A stretch of DNA of 56,945 bases, counting the filler, from Jimgerdemannia flammicorona (Eukaryota), in NCBI GenBank assembly GCA_003990765.1. It is 3 parts of 3 records of this genome, joined end to end, with 100 filler letters (N's around TTAATTAATTAA, not from the genome) between each part and the next. Parts side by side here need not be neighbours in the genome. Positions count along the whole stretch, not along the records: positions 38,040 to 56,945 come from RBNJ01002076.1; 2 more parts are not named here. One strand, written 5' to 3'. The translations under genes were made by a program, and so were the position numbers. Of this stretch, positions 49,968 through 56,945 are shown in pieces. The notes beneath the pieces are model-generated. The model did no database searches. It had not been told where the DNA came from and saw only the letters and a list, made by a program, of their open reading frames with translations. Within the stretch, counting starts at the first letter, position 1. Each line of letters opens with the position of its first letter.

Positions 49968-52900
49968 AAAAGGGTATAATCAAGAACTTGAAATGTCTAT
50001 AGCAGGTTCAGAAGACTGTCTTATAGATGTTTTCTTCTTTTATAGCAATTTGCCAGTAACTATTTCATAGGTCAAAAGAACTCATGAATTGTAGGTTAAT
50101 AAGCTTATAAAATATTTTATGAATTTGGAATAGTGGGTAACAGTTCTTGATGGTTTTTTCATTGAGGTCTCAGTAATCAATATACATTTGTAGATCTCCT
50201 TTCTTTTTGATGACAAAGTGGACTGGTTTACCATAGAGTGATATACTGGGTCTAATGAATTCTTATTCTAGGAGTTTATCAATCTCTTTCTTGAGTACAT
50301 CAATCTCTCTAAGAGATATGTGGTAGATTGACTTGAATGTAGGCTTAGCATCTGAAATCATCTTGATGGCATGGTCTACTACTCATTTAGGTGGTAGGCC
50401 TTTTAGGAGTTTCTTTGGAAATATATATCTAAATTTTTTGAGTAATAGTCTGATATGGCTGTCAACATTAGAAAAGTCTCCTTTGAGGTTCTTGGGTTCC
50501 TCTTTAAATGGTTGGATGGAGATAGCAAAGAGAGGGCATTTCTTGGCTAGTTTCTTGAGTTGTAGCTTGTTGATGTAAGTAATCTTAGGGCCAGGGTCAC
50601 TAGAGCTGAGTGGGTCTTTTTTATCTTGCAGTTTGAAGTTGTGGCATTCTTTCTTGATAGTTAGGGAATAGTTTACCCAATCAATCATGAGGTTCACTCA
50701 TTTTAACCTTGGGGTCCCAAGGATGATTTCATTATCAGAAAGTGGTATAATCTGAAGTATGACATATACTTAGTAGTCTCCAATTCCAAAGGGTAGGTTG
50801 CAGACTTCCTTATTAATAATATGAGAGGTTCTATCAGCTGTGACAACTGCTTGAGTATGTTGTACTAGTGAGGTCAGGACTTTGAGTCTGTTGGCTGTCT
50901 CTTTATTAATGAGGTTGACTGAGGCACTACTGACTATCATAATCTTGACAGATGCTTAGTTGACAAAAGCTTGGAGTATAAGCAGTTTGTCTGATCCAAT
51001 GGTGGTGATTTCAGTTGTCAGAGCTTTCCTTCTGTTGGTTCTCCTTTGGGCCAGTTCATTGATACAAAAGAAGTAATCATCAATCATTTTGAAAGAGTAC
51101 ATTCCAATACTATAGAGATATCAGCTCTTTGGTACAAATCCAAATTCAATTTTCTTGTAGAATTATTCTTCCTTATTCATGATGGGTTGGGCTGGGGCCT
51201 TGTTTGATGAGCCAAAGCCTCTGGATCCTCAGATAGTAGACAGTAGTTCAGGGACTTTCTTGACTGTCAGAGTTGATTCAATTTTCTTGAATAGGATCTG
51301 GGCAATACAAAAACCAATGGAGATCTTGAAGGATGTCCAACTATGATTTCGAATAAGAACAATGATTTCATCTGTATAATCATCATCAATGATTCCCCCT
51401 TCTACTGAGAGTTCTTTTAACAATAGGCTGCTGTGACAGCATATTCTTCCAACATGTCCTTCATGGATTTGAATGCTGATTTCTATATAAACTTGCTTGA
51501 CTTCTTGGTTGGAAACTGTAGCTTCTTTGGCTATGTATAGGTCATATCTGGCTACGTTTTGACTTTCTTTGCTTGGGGTTGTAGCAGTAGGCCTTAACTT
51601 AACAAAGTCTAATATTTTATTAGTCAGATTGTTGAGGTAATGCAGAGTGGTAATAGTTGCTTGTGTTGCAGTTTAGGGTTTCTAATTGGGGTAGGCACTG
51701 GCCATGTATCCTGTCTTCTGGCAATAGAAGTATGCTCTGCTTCTTTGGAGTTCATTTCTTTCTCCTTCAGTGAGTTTCTTGAAGATACTTGATTGGGTGG
51801 GTTCAGGATTTTGGGGTGTCCAAGAGGTGGTTGTAGAGAGAGCTTGGGATACTTCATGTTTGGGTTATTCTTTCTTGCTCTAAGTTTTTCTTTATTGTTG
51901 AATTATCTTTGAGGCAGAATTGGTCCAGTTGTTAGGATTCACTTGAACATAGTCTCGATTCTTACCAGGTACCATTATTGGTAATCACAACCAACTGGGC
52001 ATGATTTTTCTTATAAGCCATTCAGATAGTATATCAAATAAATGTTCTGCTCTTATACCATTTTGTGCTTCATCATTGGTAATATATCCTAGGCCAACAG
52101 TGTTCAGAAGTGACTTGAGTTTTGTATAGAATGTTTCAAATTCTTCCTTGTCATATATGTCAAATTTGAGGTTGTGGAGTTTAGCTCAAGATTCAACAAT
52201 CAGAGTTTCACTGTGATATTGGGCAATTTTAAGTTGTTTGAGTCCAGGGGCTATAGGATGGTCTCTATATTCTGGGGCATTATTTGCTACTTTTTGGGCA
52301 ATGAGTGTAGGTCAGGTATTCCATATGAGGAGTTTTTTAGGAAGGGTTCACCACCATTCTTCAGCAGGTCCTTGGAAGAATATAATAACTTAGTAGATAT
52401 AAGCTATAGTGGTAGCAAAGAGTTATTCCAGAGTGTGGTCTTGATTGTTTGTCAGAAGATGGTCAGCAACTCACTTGTTGATCTATTGGTTGGCTTAGAA
52501 GTTGGTATCAACTATACTAATGAAGCTTTGGACTTTCTGTACAGTACTATTGAAGGTAGATAGACTCAGACTTTTTGTTGGTTGGGTTTGTTCAGCTAAA
52601 GCAGTAATGGTTGCTACCATTATAGCTATCTGGGCTGTGAGGTCTAGAATCTGTTGGTTTGTCATATTGTTTACTGGAGGCAGTTGGACTACTGGTAAGG
52701 ATGTTACTAGTATAATTTGAGGTACTGGTACAGAGTATAATGGTATTCTTTGAGTCTGTATAAGTTGCTAGAGTAACAGTTGTGAGTCTGGGGTAAGGGC
52801 TTGATAGATAGCTGTCTGTTGTTGTATAGGTTTATTTTGTCCTAATAGAGATATGTCTCCTTCAGTAGTATATCTGGAATTGAATTTACTGAGATACTCC

Positions 52901-54372
52901 TCCTTCTCCTCACTTTGGCCTCTATGTAATTGGGTTTGCTCAGTGTCAAAGAAGATAGTATCAGTTGTATATTAGATTTCAGATGAGCTTAATTCAAAAG
53001 CTGGTTCAGGTTTAGTATTGGTTTTGGTTTCAGGAAGAGGCCTACTTCTGGTTCAGGGTCAGATTGTTGATGAAGAGTTTCTCTGACTTCTTCTTTAAGA
53101 ATATGGCAGGCCTTACAATTCTGAAAGTAGTGGTATAAGGTGGTCTTAGTTCTGGTACAGTGAAAGTTGGTAGAGTTGAGCCACTTGGCTATAGATTCTC
53201 AGGCTTTATAAAGAACTAAGGCTAGAAAGTTAGTTGCTGGTTATCCTTAGTTGCTTGGGAGCTGACAAAACTCTTATTGAGAAGAGTAAAGAAGGCTTCT
53301 ATAAGACCTTCTTCATCTTGACTTACAGGGTATAGAGTAAGGAGTTTGGTGTATAGAGTTTTGCCTATCTACTGATTTAATTAGAGTACTTCTTTTTGTA
53401 GATAATGTCTGTTCTACTTGTTGCAGATGTGGAGGTCAAATTGTACTTATATATCAGGTTTAATTCTCTCCAGGTTGTCAGATAGTTCAGAATGAATTCC
53501 AGTTCAGAGGTTGGGCTTTATACCAACTTGTAGAAATTCTTGTAGAGGGTTTTATAGTGGAGTGAGAAAGCATCTTGAAGTGGAATAGGATTGTAAATTA
53601 CTGCTATCAAGTTGTAAGAGGGTTAATTATAAAAGTACCATTATATAGTGCTAGAAGGGATTTCTGAAAGTTCTGGATATTCTATAAGACTGTTTTCTTT
53701 AGGTAAAGATCAATTTTATATAGAGTATGTCCTCTATACTTATTGATTTCTAGATCAGGTTAACATCTCAACCAAAGTCCTTTTTGGACTAGTTCTGGAT
53801 GTTCTAGATTCCCCATATTTCAGGAAGTTTAAGAAACTAAGACCAGCTTAGTTGAATTGGCATATTGCTGCAAACAATACCTAATTAGGAAAGTTTGAAA
53901 TGTAGTTAGGAGTAGAATCTAATAGAGTGTAGATTTACTTAAGAGAAGTTTGTGGGTTATTAAATAGATTTATTCACTATTTATAATATTACTATACTAG
54001 GAGTAGTTGTATAAAGGGATATTGTGGAGAAGTGTTCAGGAGTTCTTGTATGTTCAGATTATTCAAGTCTGAGTTTCTGAGATCTGGGGGAGGGGGTATT
54101 TATATTAATAGGAGTCTATCTGGACTATGCTAAATAGAGATGCAGTACTTAGTATCTTGCTGAGTTGGAATATAGTCATATAGTATAAGTGTGAACTAAT
54201 ATGTCAAGAGATTATCCGACTGCTGAGTCAGTATATAGTTATATTGTATGAGGCTAATCTAACTATACTAATGACTGCTAAGCTATTTATAGATTTAGAC
54301 ACTGTCTGGGTAGTCTTTGATGAAAGAGTAGTTCTTGGATTGCTTCTCCTTATTTGCTCAGATAATGATACA
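49968..54372 (-). mobile_element. Ty3/Gypsy element of a different family (LTR ~53613-54372, PBS, long gag, dUTPase, protease, RT)
   Basis: LTR end CTTACA then AC-TTGATAGCAG (53609->53598); YFYCQKTGYMASAYP knuckle ~51700-51735; dUTPase 51620->51205; protease (IILGTP, IDW); RT PVHFVIKK, MYIDY*DLNEKTIKN. Distal LTR end uncertain. Confidence 0.88.
51205..51620 (-). pseudogene. Retrotransposon-borne dUTPase domain, second lineage
   Basis: FVKLRPTATTP, VARYDL, HVGRICCHSSL, GGIIDDDYTDEI, CIAQI, *GSRGFGSS; in frame with gag and protease. Confidence 0.88.
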
Positions 54373-54500
54373 TTGAGATTGTGTCACCATCCCATAGGAT
54401 AGTATCATCTGTCTCATATGTAGGGTATGGAGTTGGTGGGCAAAGAAGAGGTGTATTATCTTTACTTTCATTGGATTCACTTTCTATATATCTTCTATAG

Positions 54501-55846
54501 TGTGACAAGTAGCAGAAATCATACTAAATATTATAACTATATATTATACTGAGTATACAAAAAGGCAGTCAAACATATCTGGACAGCTAGAACTGCTTTA
54601 TTATGACAACTTATATAATTAGTCAGACATACCAGAAAGGATATCTATATAGGATCTGAATACTTATACAGAACCTAAATACCTATACAAGATCTGAACA
54701 CTTATATAGAACCAGAAATACCTGCTATAAATAGCCTTCTATAATTAGCCATATAGCAACTAGATAGCAAACAACTTATATAAAATACTCCAGAGATAAG
54801 AGTGAATATACCTCAGTCCAAATTGAAGCAAAAATCAAAGAAGCCTCTAAGAATTGAGTATTAGTCCCCTTTTCCCACTCTGGTCCACTTTTTGATACAA
54901 AGAATGAGTCCATTTTTGGTTTGCTTGCCAGATAAGCCTGAAGAATCTGAGAAATCTGCTAAGTTTAAGAAAGATCTTTACTGCCTTTTGAAGAGAAATC
55001 TGCCACTTAAGGAATAAGCCACTATATTTTGGTTTGCTTGCCAGATAAGCCTGAAGCCCCTCTTGTTACAAAGCCAGTCTTTTGACACAACTTTACAGTA
55101 AACTTGTTCATACAAATAAAGCCAGTCTTGATGTAACTTTGCCAAGAATCCACATTTCCAGAGAGCCCTTAAGGAAACTTGCCACAAGTCAGTCTTCTAA
55201 TGCAACTTTGCAGTAGTATCAGCCATTGATACAACCCTATACAAACAAAGTCAGTCTTTGATATAACTTACCAAGGATCTGAGTTATTCATCTATTCCTA
55301 GTGAGTCTGATTCAGAAGAATCTGTATTATCCACTATTCTCAGAAGAGCTAATTCAAGAAGAATCCACATTATCTGAGTTATCTGAGTTATTCACCATTA
55401 TTCAAGAAGCCTGCTATTCAGGAGAATCTATGTCAAATTGAGTTATCTGCCAAATCACATAAGAAAATCTACCAGATTATCATATATAAGGAATCTGCTA
55501 TACTATTCAGAGACCATCACACTATATAAAGAGATCATTATGCAGAAATCACATAATTTTGGATATAAGATCATCACACAGAAATCACATAAGTAGAACC
55601 ACCAAATTACAGACTATCACACATAAGAAAATCACTTATGCCATATGTATAAATCACTGCTATATCTAGAGAACTGTTTCAATAAGGAAATTGACATACA
55701 AATCAACTGCTGTATCCAGGTTGACCATTATACTGCTAAACACAAAGAATACTTTTATTGCTTTTGACAAAGTAACTGGGGGCTCAAGCCAAACTACATC
55801 AACTCCCAACCTTATAATTAGCCTCCATTGAGCCAGGTATGTTACA
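54501..55846 (+). repeat. Probable long (~1.35 kb) 5' LTR of another LTR family, with internal tandem duplications
   Basis: TGTGACA...TGTTACA inverted termini, followed 2 nt later by a PBS-like sequence; no second copy in the window. Confidence 0.6.
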
Positions 55847-55848
55847 TT

Positions 55849-55866
55849 TGGGGACTCAACTGGGAA
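55849..55866 (+). promoter_or_regulatory. Primer binding site, tRNA-Pro type (TGGGGACTCAACTGGGAA)
   Basis: Resembles the tRNA-Pro PBS TGGGGGCTCGTCCGGGAT after G->A/C->T decay. Confidence 0.65.
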
Positions 55867-56249
55867 GATTTCAAATTGATATGACTTTTCAGCTCACAAG
55901 AACCTATAGTTAAACAGGATATATTTGATACAATACCAATCTCTACTACTACAAGAGAACTAGTTATTACTGACATTTGGACAGAAAGAGAAGTAATTAT
56001 TTCAAGACTTACCAACTACCCAGCATCAGAAGGATCCCAATCCAAGGTCAGTACAGTCTGAAATCCTCAACCAGATCAACCAGACAATACAGGCAGTGTA
56101 AGCGCACAACCTCTAAGCCACTGAAATTACACGTCACCCTCTGAACAAGCCACTGAAATCACATGCAACCTCTGAACAAATCTGGAAATCACCTGCTTGA
56201 TCATGAAGCTGAGTTAAACTGAAGTCACAGCGCACAAAGCTGAGTCAAT

Positions 56250-56932
56250 ATGAAGTCACAGAACACAAGATTACACAAACGGAATCTTACCAATCAGGAC
56301 CAAATGCATATATACCGAGCACTGAGATGCATTGAAACAGAGAACCAAAATAAACAACAACCACAACTTCTAATACACACAAACATGACCACCGAGATCT
56401 ACAACCGCATCCATGCTGACATTTGGAATGCCATTGTCAACCGAGCCACACCCCCTCTACCCCTCATGAATATCCATAGCCTAGCACCCCTCTACTTTAT
56501 GGAAGCCCGATGGAACGCCCTGAACATGCTTAACGAGGCCCACCGAATCGGACAAATCTCAAGCTACTATCAGATCGGTCGCCTCCTAGAAGACATGGTC
56601 GAGCACCACCATGACACAGACATTACCTAGATGTCTCAACACCAGAAGCTCATTGCCCGCAAATACCGAGAACTCTTCTATGAGTACAGCACCTTTATTC
56701 CCCACCTCCGAGTTACTACCAGTGAAATGGTTGCTACCCTGTCCTATGGCCAAATCGATGACATGATACAAGAACTCAACCACAAGTACCTCAAGTACGT
56801 TGAAACTACAGACAGAACCTTCCTGCACCCTGACGATCACATCCTGCAAATGCCCCAAGTTGGATATGCCATGAAGGACGTCTATGATATAATCCACTTC
56901 GATGAAGATGAAGCAGAAGACAATGATCCCTC
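56250..56932 (+). pseudogene. Unknown ORF inside the LTR element, one in-frame TAG at 56628, ends at a poly(T) run
   Basis: Frame continues past the stop (MSQHQKLIARKYRELF...DEDEAEDNDP); no recognisable gag motif. Confidence 0.45.
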
Positions 56933-56945
56933 TTTTTTTTTTTTT

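Overview
Eukaryotic, most likely fungal DNA (an early-diverging, Mucoromycota-like lineage is my inference), made of three contigs joined by artificial N/TTAATTAATTAA/N spacers (18921-19020, 37940-38039). A CpG-normal gene island (~19021-28990) holds a 4-finger C2H2 transcription factor, an Old Yellow Enzyme pseudogene and an intact 2-exon MDR-family NADPH oxidoreductase. The rest is a nested, CpG-depleted, C->T-decayed transposon graveyard: several L1/Tx1-like LINEs (four junctions fall inside Ty3/Gypsy pol genes), Ty3/Gypsy elements of two distinct dUTPase lineages that carry the dUTPase in frame between the gag zinc knuckle and the protease, solo/tandem/inverted LTRs, a Tc1 element, and Plavaka-like and possibly KDZ-like transposase relics. 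The most notable hidden feature is a spliced (~5 exon) pseudogene at 14376-16453, mostly invisible in the ORF track, whose last exon reads as a TET/JBP-like Fe(II) dioxygenase (HxD...H), head-to-head with a possible Zn-cluster ORF and flanked by minisatellites. All calls come from manual reading and translation; no searches were run.
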